Below, piece by piece: positions 26,317-38,995 of a stretch of DNA of 64,000 bases; positions within the stretch are counted from its first letter, which is position 1; the number at the start of each line of letters is the position of its first letter. The notes under the pieces are model-generated. The model worked only from the letters and a program-made list of their open reading frames with translations, made no database searches and was not told the origin of the DNA. The DNA is from Harriotta raleighana (Eukaryota), in the NCBI GenBank assembly GCA_050575255.1, contig JBNZDD010013714.1, positions 4,743,600-4,807,599 on the forward strand, given 5' to 3'. Both the position numbers and the translations under genes were made by a program.

Positions 26317-27833
26317 CCCAAGCGGATATGCCATAAGGTCCAGTGACTTGTGTAATTTGGTAGACAAATGTGAAAGAAATCTCTTTCAGGTGCTTTGTGG
26401 ATTATTTTTAATAAGTCATGAAGCAGAAACAGAGTGCTCTAATTCCAAGCACAAACGGGAACTGTAGTCATAGAGCTTGCTTTAAAATGGGCAATTAAAA
26501 ATTGATTGCTAATGGATTTATAGTTCTCTGGAGTTTTTTGAGCTCATCTGACAAAAATTCTATATTTGTATTTGTGGTTTATGCCCCAAGAGCATAACAT
26601 TTGTCTTCCATTCATACCCTGATTGCCAACTTCAGGCCAATCCATTTTCTATCATAGCACAGATGGAAGTAACATATGTTCTGAGTGTTTTCCACCCAAG
26701 TGTTCACTTCAAACCATCAGGAGTTTCCACATTAAAACAGAGGATGAGAGTCAGATACAAAGATTCCCTACATCATTCCTGTATCATGGTGATGTTTGCA
26801 ATTTGGGGTTCCCTGCTGCCCCTTTATGATGAGGAGTTCCAATCACAGTTGAGTTTTGGGAGAGAAAAATACAAGTCCTATTCGTTTTGAGAGTAGCAAT
26901 CCATTTATCCATATACAGTACTTATGTTGTTTACCCATGGGTAACCCTGCTCTGCTGATATCTCCTCATTTCCTTTCCTCACCACTATCATTATCACTGA
27001 CAGCTGTGTTCTTCACAAGAGTATGTTCAACTGGTGGCAATGCAGGTCACATAGTAATTCAAATGACAACAGGGAGTGGCATTAATTAGCAAAATAGCAC
27101 GTTCTCTAATTTTTTGAGCTTTATGAGTTAATAACAGACTTATTAGTTCTCAACATTATAACATTATAAACCAGTATAATGTTGGAAGAAACTGATTTGA
27201 TTCCTGACAGGCCTTAATCTAATTCTGCTACACAGTCAAACTTACCTTCATCTCAAGAAAGCTTCTTTAGTTATCAAGTGAAAACCTAACAACTTAAGTG
27301 TTTGTGCCTGTCTTTATATTCCACAAGTTTTTTAAAAATCGTCACATTCACTGTTATTAAAGATGGTCCTTAAGAGCCACACATCTTGATATTTATAATG
27401 AGGTGTTGCACAGTTGTTAGTGGTTTGTAAATGCAGTGCAGAAAAGTCAGCTTTTCACCACTTGGAGAGAGAACACTCTTTGGAAGGCTTATAACAAGGT
27501 TGGATAGTTTGTTGTGAACGGTTTAAAAATGTTCTCACTTTAAAACAATAACTCTTGAAACTGCATACTTTTATCTTCAGAACAACAGTTGTGGAGCAGG
27601 GGATGTGAAGCGAGCCAGGACAGTATTTTCTAAGCAAAGAGTGTAACTGAGGTGTGGAGTCACATTAAGTCACATAGATCACGTGGGGTGAGATCATGGT
27701 GACTTTTGAAATTTAGGACAGAATGCCCAAGTGACTTGTAAGGTGCAGTGCTGCTTTTATTCACTGAATAACACTGGATAATATCTAAAACTATCTGAAG
27801 TATCCCCCTTCAGCAATTCTCATCTGATCTCCA

Positions 27834-28170
27834 GGAGCTCCTGTGGCTCAGTGGTTAGAGCACTCGCCTTACATGCCTTACAAGCATGAGACCTGTGTTC
27901 GAATCCAGGCAGATCAGGGCGAAACCTTGGGCAAGTTTCCTTACTCCACATGCCTAATAATAATCCCTCCAAAAATACTACAATAATAAAATTGGTCATT
28001 TCAATCCACGACTTTTTGTGGGACACTGCTGTGCGCAATTGGATGCCGCATTCTGCCCACAAATATACAGTCAATTCACTTTACAGTATATTCTGTGAAG
28101 CGCTTTGGGACGTTGATAAGATGTGAAAAGCGCTATATCAAATGCAAGGATTATTATTATTATTATTATT
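27834..28170 (+). mobile_element. tRNA-derived SINE, short form, best-preserved copy
   Basis: A box tggctcagtgg (27844-27854), B box gttcgaatcc (27897-27906), CORE-like ccttgggcaagt, Deu-like tgtgggacactgctgtgcgcaattgg, L2-type stem-loop, (ATT)7 tail. Confidence 0.95.
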
Positions 28171-29294
28171 AAAAAGCAACTAAAGTTACTAAATTGCACC
28201 AAGTCAAAAATGTTTTCAATGGTCCATGTTAAGTTTCACAACAACAACATTTCTGGATCCAAACAGCTCAGATGTTGACACAACATTTGATAGATTCCTT
28301 CAATAGAATTTGAAATCACAACTTTCTGCATATAATCAAATATTTGTATCCAATTTTACAAAACAATAGTGGCACAAGTTTTTTTTAAATGAGGCAAGGT
28401 ATAAAAATGACTGCTCTTGATATTCAGGGTTTTCAATGCTGAGATTTGTATCCCGAAGCTTGGAATATTGAAGAATATTTGATACCTGGAACATTCATCA
28501 ATAATGCCATATGGCTTCATCTTTAGTTCAGATTTTCTTGGTAAATTACCCAACAGTTAATACAGTGAACTTCAAATTATGTTTTTTTCTACGTTTAGTT
28601 TCCTGATAAAAAAAACAAAGTTTCTTGGTGTCCCACTGAAAGTGGCCTTTTTACATCAAATCTTAGCTAAATGAAGGCCAGTGGCATCTTCACTGAATTG
28701 GAGAAGCCATATTTAATATTAAAAACATATGTTTATATTTATTAAAATGTTCATATATTCAATTTGATAATGTTATTAATAATCATTGCATTTGATTAAG
28801 CGCTTTTCACTACAGAGAGTATCAAAACTTTTCATAGGTTTTACTGTGAAAAATAGTCACTTTTCATAGGATAGTTGGTTAAACATTCAACCAACTAATG
28901 TAACTGCCAAGGTGATTTTATTGCTAGAAACCAGAAGTAGTTTCACTTGATTCTCCATCTCAAATGTGGCAAGATGCAAGAATCCTAACAATTCGGTCTA
29001 AATAAATAATAGTAATAAAATATGAATATGAAAAACAAATCGGTGAATTTAGAGTAAAAAGGAAAACCCTCTTAGGATACATTCCACGACAGAAATATCT
29101 GGCAAAAGAACAGTTACATCGGTAAAACTGTAAGCTACAGTAATTGCTTATGAATATTTTACAGTATTAATTAATAACCCAGATGTACTCTACTTAAATG
29201 TCATTATACAGACTTAGATTTTGCTAACACAAAGCACTCATCACATTGCTATTAAAAGAATAGAAATAACAAGTAATATTATTATACTCTATGA

Positions 29295-29673
29295 TAACAG
29301 TAGACTTGCATTTGATATAAAGTCTTACCATGTTGTTGAAATGCAGTAGTCAATTTGGACGCAGCAAAGCCTATAAGCAGCTTTGAAGTGAATGACTAAT
29401 TTTATTTGGGGAATTGTTAGCCAAGAGATCGAGAGAAACTCCCATTTCTTTCATCAAATGGTGCCGCAGGATTTTTAACACCCACCTGAACAGGCAAACA
29501 GGAATTTGGTTTAATGGCTCATCCAAAGGACAACAGATCCAACAGTGCAGCACTCTCCAAGCTCTGTATTGGAGTGTCAGTCTAGATTGTGAGATCAAAG
29601 ACTCGATGTCGAGTTTGAACCCACAACCTTCTGATTTAGAGACGAGTTCTACCAACTGAGCCAAACTGACACT
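29295..29673 (-). mobile_element. Old Deu-domain SINE (SacSINE1-like), with tRNA head
   Basis: Reverse complement agtgtcagtttggctcagttggtagaactcgtctctaaatcagaaggttgtgggttcaaac (A and B boxes), followed by a body shared with the 10265 and 46878 copies. Confidence 0.88.
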
Positions 29674-30866
29674 GTTGATACATGTTGCTTGAGTTCAATG
29701 AACTTAATTTAAAACATGGATGCTCAGATGATATAGAATAACCAGGGTTGATAAAGGGATGTTTGTATTTTATGTTGATACTTTATAGTAAGGGTTGTAA
29801 AAAGAGACTACCACACTGAAAATTGCAACCTTCTCCACTAATTCACTTATTTTTAGGCTAAGCTTTTTATTTATATAATAACTTTCCAATATATTTAATT
29901 ATGTTCAATCACAACTGGGAAAAGTATGAATAAACATATTTTAACTATTAAATCCATACACGGTTGTTAATAATTTAGATAAATCACATTCTGGAAAATA
30001 AAAAACGACTGAGGTTACTAAAGTATTCACACTGCAAACAGAAGCCAAGGGAATAACTATGTCTATTTCTTTGCCCCTTTTGTCTTCCTCAGTAAATATT
30101 CCTTCTGTTTCCATTGCATTAATGGTGATTTTTTTTAATGTCAGCCACATTTTAGGAACGCTAGGTCTTGCTGTAACTAGCCGCAGCACAGCTCCTGTAT
30201 ATCAGAATGTAACATTTTGATCATTAATTTATCACAGTTCTAGCAGTTTGTTTGACAGGTATGGGTTCTTTCATCTAATGGCTACACAGCAAGTGTGCAG
30301 TACACTAAAGAGTGGATGCCACTGACTTCAGGTAGAGATTCAGCAGACAACAGCCACCTTCCTACCTTTTGCCAATTTACTCTATTTTTCAAAGACAAAA
30401 ACACAGCGCATATAATAATTGATGAGATTTCAGTTCTGCTTGTTACACTGCACCCAATGTTTTTTTTTGTATTTTTGTGAGAACTTCATTGTACATGAAC
30501 AAAAGGTTCGGCAGCTGTCACTTCATCTAGTGGTGCAAACTCATTCAACACTGGCAAACAATTTATGATCTTCTGCTAGGCCTCTGGAGGAATTTCTCAT
30601 TGTTCAAATATAATTTTTGTGTGTTTAGTGCTCTGAGAAAATTGCACTATCTGCAATGTTACTCATTTGCTTTTGAACAAAGAAACTTCAACACAATTAC
30701 AAGCACAAACTTATTTCAGAGCTTATTGCATCTCTACTTTTTTTTAAATTAACAAGATTTCATTTATAAACTTGCCTATATTCGATAAGGATTTATTTTG
30801 CCAAGTAGCTGTATTATATACACTATGTAAAATAGCATGACAATACCTCTCTTGACAATATCTATA

Positions 30867-31040
30867 GTAACATAGAAAATTTACAGTGCGGTAGAAGGCC
30901 ATTTAGTGCATAGTGCCTGTGCCTCCTTCTTCAAGAGTAATCCTTTCAGTCCCATTTGATGCCTTTACCCCATTACCCATTCAGCTGGCGCTGTTAAGGT
31001 CCTTGTTCAGTTCCCTCTTGCTGGACAATATAGATTCTGC
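30867..31040 (-). mobile_element. CR1 LINE 3' end, decayed
   Basis: catagaaaatttacagtgcggtagaaggccatttag...gattctgcctcatccaccatttccagca, typical antisense CR1 3'UTR and ORF2 end. Confidence 0.7.
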
Positions 31041-32141
31041 CTCATCCACCATTTCCAGCAACTATAGACATGGTTCACATGTAATATAAATGAAGGGAGG
31101 AGATTTAAGGGGAGGCCATAATCCCACACATTCCTAACAAGTAAGAATTGATCATTCTGCCTGTTTGGGAGGGCTCATCCATTTTTATTCTCAGGTTGGT
31201 TAAATATTAGTATGAAATTGGAATCTTTGTGTGTGAGAGAGAGAGTGCAGTATCACTGCAACCTTCCTAGAGATCATTATGATGCAGTTATGATGGGTTA
31301 AATCACAAGTTACTCTATTGTTACTGTTATAGAAAGAGAGGCTATTATCTGAATACCTTTTATTCCTCATAAGACTGTACTGCCTTCAGCCTCAGCTCTC
31401 TCACTTATGGTTCATCTGCCCCCTACTGCCATATTCATTTCACAAATAAATAAATAATCCTTGCTTTTAATACAGCATCTGATCAGGTCCTCGAAATGTT
31501 TAAAAGCACTTCACGGGATATATTGTAGAGTATATAGTAGATCTTTGGAACATAATTAGTACATAGTCTATAAACAAAGCGAACTTGAAGATGATGAACC
31601 ATTTGAAAGCATAATCTAAAAATAGACTTTTTTCACATTTGGAATTCCAGATCACTCTGAACTCAAGTGAAATTAGGAGTTGGCTTAATGGTGGCCAAGA
31701 CTGTGAACTGAAGAAGCTTAGAATTTTTTCTAAAGATACATCCTTATTGCTCTCTAGCAAAATTACCTTTAACTTTAAGTTCAAAATTATTTTCAGTTCA
31801 AAATGTGAGATTTAGGAAATAGGGAATACTGTATTATATAATTTACATTTATTTAACACCTTTCAAGTCAAGAAGCATGTCTCAAAGTGTTTGTTCCGGA
31901 TCTCTTCTCTCATTGATTAACATCCGGAATTCCACCTTGAGTTGATGTGGAGTTAACCTGCCTAATAATGTAGTTGAAGAATTGATCTGACCTTCACATT
32001 ATGCCTAATCTTTTCCTGCCTTCTCCCTCTCTATATCCTGTTGAGTATAGTGAGAAATAGATAACACTATTAGTAAACGCCTGCATCGTTTGTTGAATCA
32101 GAGAATCATTACTAAGTCATGGACCTGTATGCTGGAATGCT

Positions 32142-32287
32142 ATCAATCAATCAATCAAAATTTTATTTATATAGCGCCTTTCACGTCGGGAGGACGTCCC
32201 AAAGCGCTGTACAGCCAAGTAGGGGGGTGGGGGGGGGGAGGGCTCAGGGAAAGGAGTAGGAAAAATTGACTGTATATTTGTGGGCGA
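32142..32287 (-). mobile_element. L2 3' end with (TGAT)n tail, G-rich 3'UTR, joined to a short SINE piece
   Basis: atcaatcaatcaatcaaaattttatttatatagcgcctttcacgtcgggaggacgtcccaaagcgctgt; CpGs intact; then aattgactgtatatttgtgggcgaa. Confidence 0.85.
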
Positions 32288-33064
32288 AGTAGAAGTAGGC
32301 ACATAAGTAAACAGTTCAACTGCCAGAAGAAAAAAACATCTCTCACAGTGTGTTTACAAAACTGACGTTAGAAGCTGATGACTTTCCAATGTTATGTTGC
32401 TTTGAAAACCTAGGCCTGCAAGATAATGGGTCTCTCTTGTATCTGTTTTAGTTGGGTTTGCCTTTGCTCGGGGCATCCAGTGTATCCTGTGCTTTCCACG
32501 GTTCTTTGCTGAAAGCTATGGATGCATTGTTAATCTCTCCAGTGGTCACCATAAAGTCCCTGTCCAATACATGTATGGGATAGCATTCTGGTGACTGAAA
32601 TTGAAATCTGAATGAAGAACTGGTCCTAATGGGAAAGAGTTTTTTATATCCCCAGATATTATTTCTTTTTAGTATATTGAAGGAATCTAATATTGAAAGA
32701 ATGACTGCCCCATTAGAGAGAAAATTCTTCAGTTTCCCTCCAGCCATGCTGTTACCTTAGGGTATCTTTTGACCTCATTTCTTATGAAGTCTGTTCTGGC
32801 TCTAAAACCTATTGTTCCAACTGGTAACAGAGGACCTGTTAACCTTCTTTAGTTGGGATGAATACCAGCATACCTCTCCTGCAACAAATGAGTTTCACCT
32901 GAAGCATATGGATTTTTTCATTATCGATTTTATCAGCTAATAATTCATTAAATTCAGAATTCACCAAAAGATACACATTTTAGCTCCAAGAAAACAGAAA
33001 AGGGAAGATATTTCATAGCTATTAGGACAAGAGCATGATCAAATATGCTATGAATTGGCCTTCT

Positions 33065-33130
33065 CAGCATCTTGGGACGTTCTCTTGACGTGAAAGACAC
33101 TTTACCAATTTAATTTTGTTCTTGTGGTGG
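33065..33130 (+). mobile_element. L2 subfamily B 3' tail
   Basis: cttgggacgttctcttgacgtgaaagacactttaccaatttaattttgttcttg. Confidence 0.7.
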
Positions 33131-33227
33131 TCAACCATCACTGGGTTTACAAATACTGTGAGAATATGCACCACCTGTATATAATAATTGACCTAAGAAG
33201 ACTCAAACTTGTTACATAGTCAGAACC

Positions 33228-33400
33228 TCAACAACAACAACAACAACAAAATTACACTTGTGTAGTGCCTTTCACATCAGGAGGACATCCCAAGGTGCTG
33301 GACAGTCATTGTTTCAGACCTGACCTGGGGACAGGGAGGGTGGAGGGAAAGGGAGGGATTTGGGTTGACCGATGGGACTGGTGGATTAGGGGACATGGAG
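33228..33400 (-). mobile_element. L2 subfamily B 3' end
   Basis: (CAA)n aattacacttgtgtagtgcctttcacatcaggaggacatcccaaggtgctggacag, then purine-rich antisense UTR. Confidence 0.8.
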
Positions 33401-33819
33401 CAGGCCAAAGCCTTCTGAGCAGAGGGGGCGGGCAGTGACCCATTACACTAATGCCACATCAATGAAAACAATGAGTAAAGTTTCCTCTATTCTTCTGCAA
33501 TAATTTGCCTCAATATCAGTCCTAGTAAGCCATCCTCTGCCCTTGACCAGTGTGAACCTTCATTTTAGCATCCCAGCAATCCTGAGTTTGATTACCAACT
33601 ATTGTATATGGGTAGTTTTGTGCTGAGTCCATGCTTGCTGATAATTAGGTCGAGTCTACACGAGATGAATCCAGATAAAACCTAGAGAGTCATCAAATAA
33701 AAAATGTTTTTAATCCCCACAGTCTTGACTCATTTGATTGCAGGTTCCAGCTCTGAAGGGATCGGGGACAGACCAAATCAAACATCTGTTACTCTTGCAA
33801 TGAGTTAAATTCTATTATA

Positions 33820-33935
33820 ATTTCACCCACAGCATATTCAGTCAATTCACTTTACAGTTTATCCTGTGAAGTGTTTGGAGACATCTCAACAGTGTGATAA
33901 GATACTACAATCAAATGCAAGGATTATTACTATTT
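33820..33935 (+). mobile_element. 5'-truncated SINE (3' ~115 bp)
   Basis: tttcacccacagcatattcagtcaattcactttacag...tcaaatgcaaggattattactatt. Confidence 0.85.
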
Positions 33936-35889
33936 TTGTCAAAAATTCTCAAGAAGGCAGTGAAGAAGCGTGGATGTTGTTACGGCTACATGTAAAATTA
34001 AACTCAATGATATTCCAATTTTCATTGTGTTTGACAATGTTGAGCTATTGTTTTTAGTATTCATGTCAAGTAGGTGAGCTTGACAATGCAATTGCTCTTG
34101 TCATACACAAAATGGTATTTACTGAACATGATGCTTAAATAAACAGTAATCCCATCGTAATGTTCCCTTTGGGAGTCATATAAAAGCATGTTATGGAGAT
34201 ATGGATATATTTGGCATCAGAACTACATGCCCACCTCCACACAGCCGAAAGCAATCATGCAATGTAGGCCAGAGTAGCCGGAAGAGTGGCCCCTATAATG
34301 TATTTCTGCAACAATAAAATTGCTTTTGGCAAATATGAATTGGATCATCCCCAACATACCATAATATGCTTACACAAATATTTTTTCAATCTACATTTCA
34401 TTCCTCCAATCTCTACATGGATCCACCTCCAAAATACACAGTCACTACAAATAGTAAATCTTGTGAAGCGCTTTAAGACATCTGCCCCAACATGAAAGCC
34501 ACTTTGTGCAATATATGCACCTTAATGATCCCAACTAAGAGGACATGCAAATGACCCACACTCAGGCCTCTCTCGGAGTTGCTGTGTAACTATCCATTAG
34601 AAAGTGTATTCAAAAGGAGCACATCTAATTTTCCTTCTGCCTTGGGGGAATTACCTCCTTTCCAATACGTGACCTAAAACTGGGAGCCTTTCACTTGAGG
34701 AAAGAATTGAGACGAGGAAGTGGGGTGAAGGCATTGCCGCATGAGCCAACATGTAAAAAGAACTGAGAATAATTTTTAAATTATGTGCAGAGCCCTTGTA
34801 CTACTTTAGATATAAAGGCACTTTGACACTATATCATTGATGTACTATAGTTTATTTTGGGATACTGCATAAAATAAGCTAGTAACTTCTTGTGCAGCAA
34901 CTCAGTATGTATACATTGCTATATATAGCTTCATTTGGATCCTTGTCCCTTGCTTGTTTGGTTTAGCAAGTCACAGCAAAAGACATTGCTGATGTTCTGT
35001 GAACTAAAAATTGTCATGATAGACAGTCATGGAGTTTTGCCTATTCTGTCTGCAGCCATGTCCCAGTAGAGAGTTATGCTCATCTGAACTGTCCACGCAT
35101 TTCTAATTATTAGCTTTACTCCGAATTTTTGTTTTTCAAAAAATGTGCATTGAAATTTAGGGGAGCGATTTACTGCTGACAGCATTATTCCGCTGTAATA
35201 CAAACATAGCTCTCTGCACAATGTGCTATTATCTCTGCAAACTCTTTGCAGAAACAAATTCTTATTCAATGCCTGAACTTTCTGTAACTCAGTATTTGTA
35301 ATGTAAAACACCGTGTTTTAGCCTGGAGGTATTGTACAGTTTTCCTGTCACTAGTATCCAGATGCATATTTGAATTGATTAGAAATCCAGAGTTCCTGTA
35401 GGCAGAAAACATCAAACGAGTCTTTCAATATTTCTCTAACTGCAGGCCACACATCTGAAGTACTCCAAACAGCCTAAAATGTTTTGTTTTGTTGTTTTGG
35501 GACACCATTATACATTATTAATTCAGTGAAACAACAATTAAGTATAAAGGGAATATTATTCTGCATTGATAGAAAATTGCAGCAGTTTTTCTATAAGTAT
35601 CTAGCCCATAGCTCTTGTGCTGCAGATATGAGTGAACCTATGGTGATATTTTGCAAAAGTTCAAATGCACCTGGAGCTCACTGGAATTTTTGAATTGCAT
35701 TTTCTTTCGTGACTCATTTCCATCCTTGGGAGTTCACCCAATTCAAATATGTCTAAAATACATATGTTGTCTCATTGGTGATGCAGAATTTAGCTTGTGT
35801 GTATGAATGTGTAAGTAATTGTGTGTGTTTCTTTGAAAAGTAGTTGCCACTTTTGTGAGTTGATTTTTTTTCAGAGGATGGGGAGAGAC

Positions 35890-36165
35890 TTCCCCAACAG
35901 GCCAGTTGGTAAATCCAGTGACTGGGGTCGTGCAAAGTCATACAGGCTGGAAGCTCACAGGTTACATTCCCAGAGTGTGCTGAGTTAACTGATCTCAGCC
36001 AGGAGCAGCAATTAGGACACAATAATTGATCCTCCTGGAACCCATGTATTCACGTCAGGTGAGAACAAGATTGGGTTAGGCTGTGATAACTTCAGCAGCA
36101 GTTGAAAAGCGTGCCAATGCTCACAGTTAAGGCTCACACATTGCCTCCAGGAGAAAGTATGGAAG
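35890..36165 (+). mobile_element. Unclassified old SINE-like repeat (family shared with 58953-59330)
   Basis: tRNA-like head (cagttggtaaat...caggttacattccc); blocks ttaactgatctcagccagga, ggacacaataatt and gtgagaacaagattg recur in the same order at 59025-59165. Confidence 0.65.
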
Positions 36166-36699
36166 CAAATTTGCCATAATACAGGTTTATTTCACATACA
36201 ATTGATTGCATTAGCTTAATTGTGATAAAATTACAAGCGACTTCTATGTTCATCTGCCTCATAAGAGGGCTAAAAATGTTTGGCTCCACCGGATTCTAAT
36301 TCTAAGTTGTGTTTCAGTTTCTTGTTGTTTATGCTCGCTGCCGGAAGACATTTTTTGGGGTGGGGGAGAGAGGCGCAGCGGGAGATAATTTGCTTGCTGC
36401 ACTGCGACATGACGTTGAATACTTATCAACGTGGAACCTTACAGGAATTTGTTTCTGCAGAATCATATGTGACCCTTTTCATTGGTGGCTAATTTGATCA
36501 ATAAGATAATTTGAATGTGTTTCAAATGGTTAAGTTAAACATGGGCTTTTCGCCCAACTCACATTTTAGACCCCATTAAGAGAACGTAGTTTGGACTTGA
36601 ACAAGCCGTCAAATTTTACATTGTACTCATGGTATACTGAATGAACACTGCATAGCGACTGGTGAAAGAAGTTTGCTGCACTATGTCGACTTTTGTTTC

Positions 36700-36925
36700 C
36701 CACACAAGCCATTTTTGAGCCTCCTTTTAAGTGGCATTACCAATTTCTGATGCATTCTGTTCAATCACATGTGTGGGCCCACATCCAAAGGAATTAGGTA
36801 AAGATTGCCCTAGCTTATTTCAAATACAACACTTTGACCTGACAGATGGTTTTGCCCTGTCAGCCTGGGCTGGATTCCAGCCCAAATCCCCTCAATGGAA
36901 AAAAACACAGCTTGCTACCCTCTAT
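36700..36925 (-). mobile_element. LF-SINE-like relic (5' half)
   Basis: Reverse complement aatccagcccaggc...accatctgtcagg...tatttgaaataagctag...ctaattcctttggatgtgggcccacac...catcagaaattgg is co-linear with the LF-SINE consensus as recalled from memory. Confidence 0.55.
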
Positions 36926-37464
36926 AAGTGTACAATGTAGACACAATTGACATGCTATCAACATAGATATGATCCTTTTTTTTACAAAGCATTTGTGTGA
37001 TACATTTATCATACCAATTTTTAGTCTTGCAGACTGCGGAGTAGTAAGTTCTCTATTCCTATAACTATGTAAAACCTAGTAGAAACTAAAGTGCATCTTG
37101 AAACAAATTCTAGAACAGGTCCTTTGCCAAGGATTAAATGTTCTCACATGTGTGAAATAGCAAACATGTGGACATTTAAATTACCCAGCATGCTTGTAGA
37201 GAAAATTGGATTGGTTTTACTTGAAAGCAGTGGAACAGCAGGATCAAAATACAGTTGAAGTGAGCTATATAAACTCGCTACAATACTCGGTAACAGCTGT
37301 TATTAGAAATTGACAAATCTGAAAGCAAATTCAGTTTCATATCACTTTAAAAAGCAGTAAAAACCAGGGCATTGGAAACCTCAGAGAGATGAGGAATTTA
37401 AAGGGAAACAGCTTTTTTAAAAAAACACATCCTTATTTTCTTAACTCTGCACAGGCATTTATCA

Positions 37465-37650
37465 CGAGATTAGTTTTGATGACGGCATCCCTTCAGCCCA
37501 TTTGAGCTCATCTTTCCAGAATACCCACCCAACTGGCATCCCATCTCAATGTCAAGCTGTTTCTTAAACCAGTCTAGGGTTCGTGCTTCAACAACCCTTC
37601 TTGGTAATTTGTTCCAGCTGCCATCAATACCCTGAGTAAATTGAGTATTA
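37465..37650 (-). mobile_element. CR1 LINE ORF2 C-terminus + 3'UTR
   Basis: Peptide FTQGIDGSWNKLPRRVVEARTLDWFKKQLD is the typical CR1 ORF2 end. Confidence 0.88.
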
Positions 37651-38864
37651 GGTATAATCAACAACAACAACTTGCATTTATATAGTGCCTTTCACCCTAA
37701 CAGTTGTCACTTGGGAGAAGCTAGGGAGAAAGGAAAGTGTTCAATTGTGATCTGAAGATGGCCAAGGACTGGGCAAGGCAGAGATTTGAGGCAAATTTGA
37801 GATTTGTGTTCTAGAGTTCATTAAACATACAGGGAGAAAGCAGGGAATGGTCATTGGGGTATGGACAAGCCTGTACAGAAAGAGGTTTAATAAAATGATG
37901 AGAGCCAAGACAGCTGGAAAGGGATGTAGCAGCAAATGAAAAATAAAAATACAATGCCAAAAATTATAACACAGAAGATGTCAAAATCCTAAGGGACCCA
38001 AAAGGGGTTGAAGAGAATGAACAGGAGATATTAAATGATTACATTCTGGAAGTTATTACCGGGAGGATTCAAAACATGCCCCCCAATATTAGCAAACAAG
38101 TTTGAGCCATATGCTGAACAAGTAGGACTCACAAGCAGGGTTACCGGAGAAAGATGAAATGAAGTGAGAAAGGAGTAGTGGGTACCTACAGCAAAGTCCA
38201 ATATGATAGGTAATGACTACAGTATGGGACTAGATGCCTAATTTGCTGCTTTAAAATTGAGAATTTACAGTGCTTTTTGTAAAGCAGATTAGGGAAAAAT
38301 CCAACTTCTGCAGATTTCTGGCATTGATAAAATGAGTTATTCTGGCTTGGCCTGCGTTTAAGCAATATCAAATTGGTTTGTTCTCTCTAATTTAAACTGT
38401 TGTACCAGCAAAGCACAATATGCTTGGCATTACAGTATGGTCATATATTTCAGATATTTATTTTAATGTGAGATTTTATTTTATTGAGTTTGAGAGTTAA
38501 CATATCCACCAATTATTGATATTTTGTTTGTTAAAATAATTACAACCTCAATTTAAATTATGTTCTTAATTATTGTTGTTCTTATGTTATTAATTGTGAG
38601 AACTCTTTGCATTGCCATGCTGAGCAAACCAAACTGCACTGACAACATACACACTATGACACAAATCAAAATACAACACACATTAAGTCAAGAATGACAC
38701 GATGGAATTCATGAAAACCATCTGAAAAAGGAAGTTCATGAAAATCACTTGAAAAACAAAACATAAAATATTAGTCCTGATCCAAGTAGCTGACAAAGCA
38801 ATCTCTGACTGTAACTGTAATTTAGAAGTTTATTTTATTTCTATTGTTTATTGTTAAGATCATT

Positions 38865-38995
38865 GATAGACAGAAGAAAGGATTAGAAGTACAGTATGTG
38901 GGAGAGGGTATCAAGAAGGGTTGAATTGTGAGCTATAAACATTGTCATGGACTACTTGGGTGGATTGGCCTATTTCGGTGCTGTAGGGACTGTGT
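38865..38995 (+). mobile_element. CR1 3'UTR remnant
   Basis: catggactacttgggtggattggcctatttcggtgctgtag, CR1 terminal motif. Confidence 0.6.

Noticed and set aside
27834-27910. tRNA gene
   Set aside because: The A and B boxes belong to a SINE head continuous with the SINE body and tail; no complete cloverleaf.
7004-28074. Near-identical peptides from ORFs 7004..7213 and 27820..28074 suggesting a duplicated small gene
   Set aside because: Both are antisense translations of the same SINE family and start at non-ATG codons; the similarity comes from the repeat.
29941-32747. ORFs 29941..30189 and 32448..32747 as possible coding exons
   Set aside because: No recognisable homology and no convincing paired splice sites bounding the frames.
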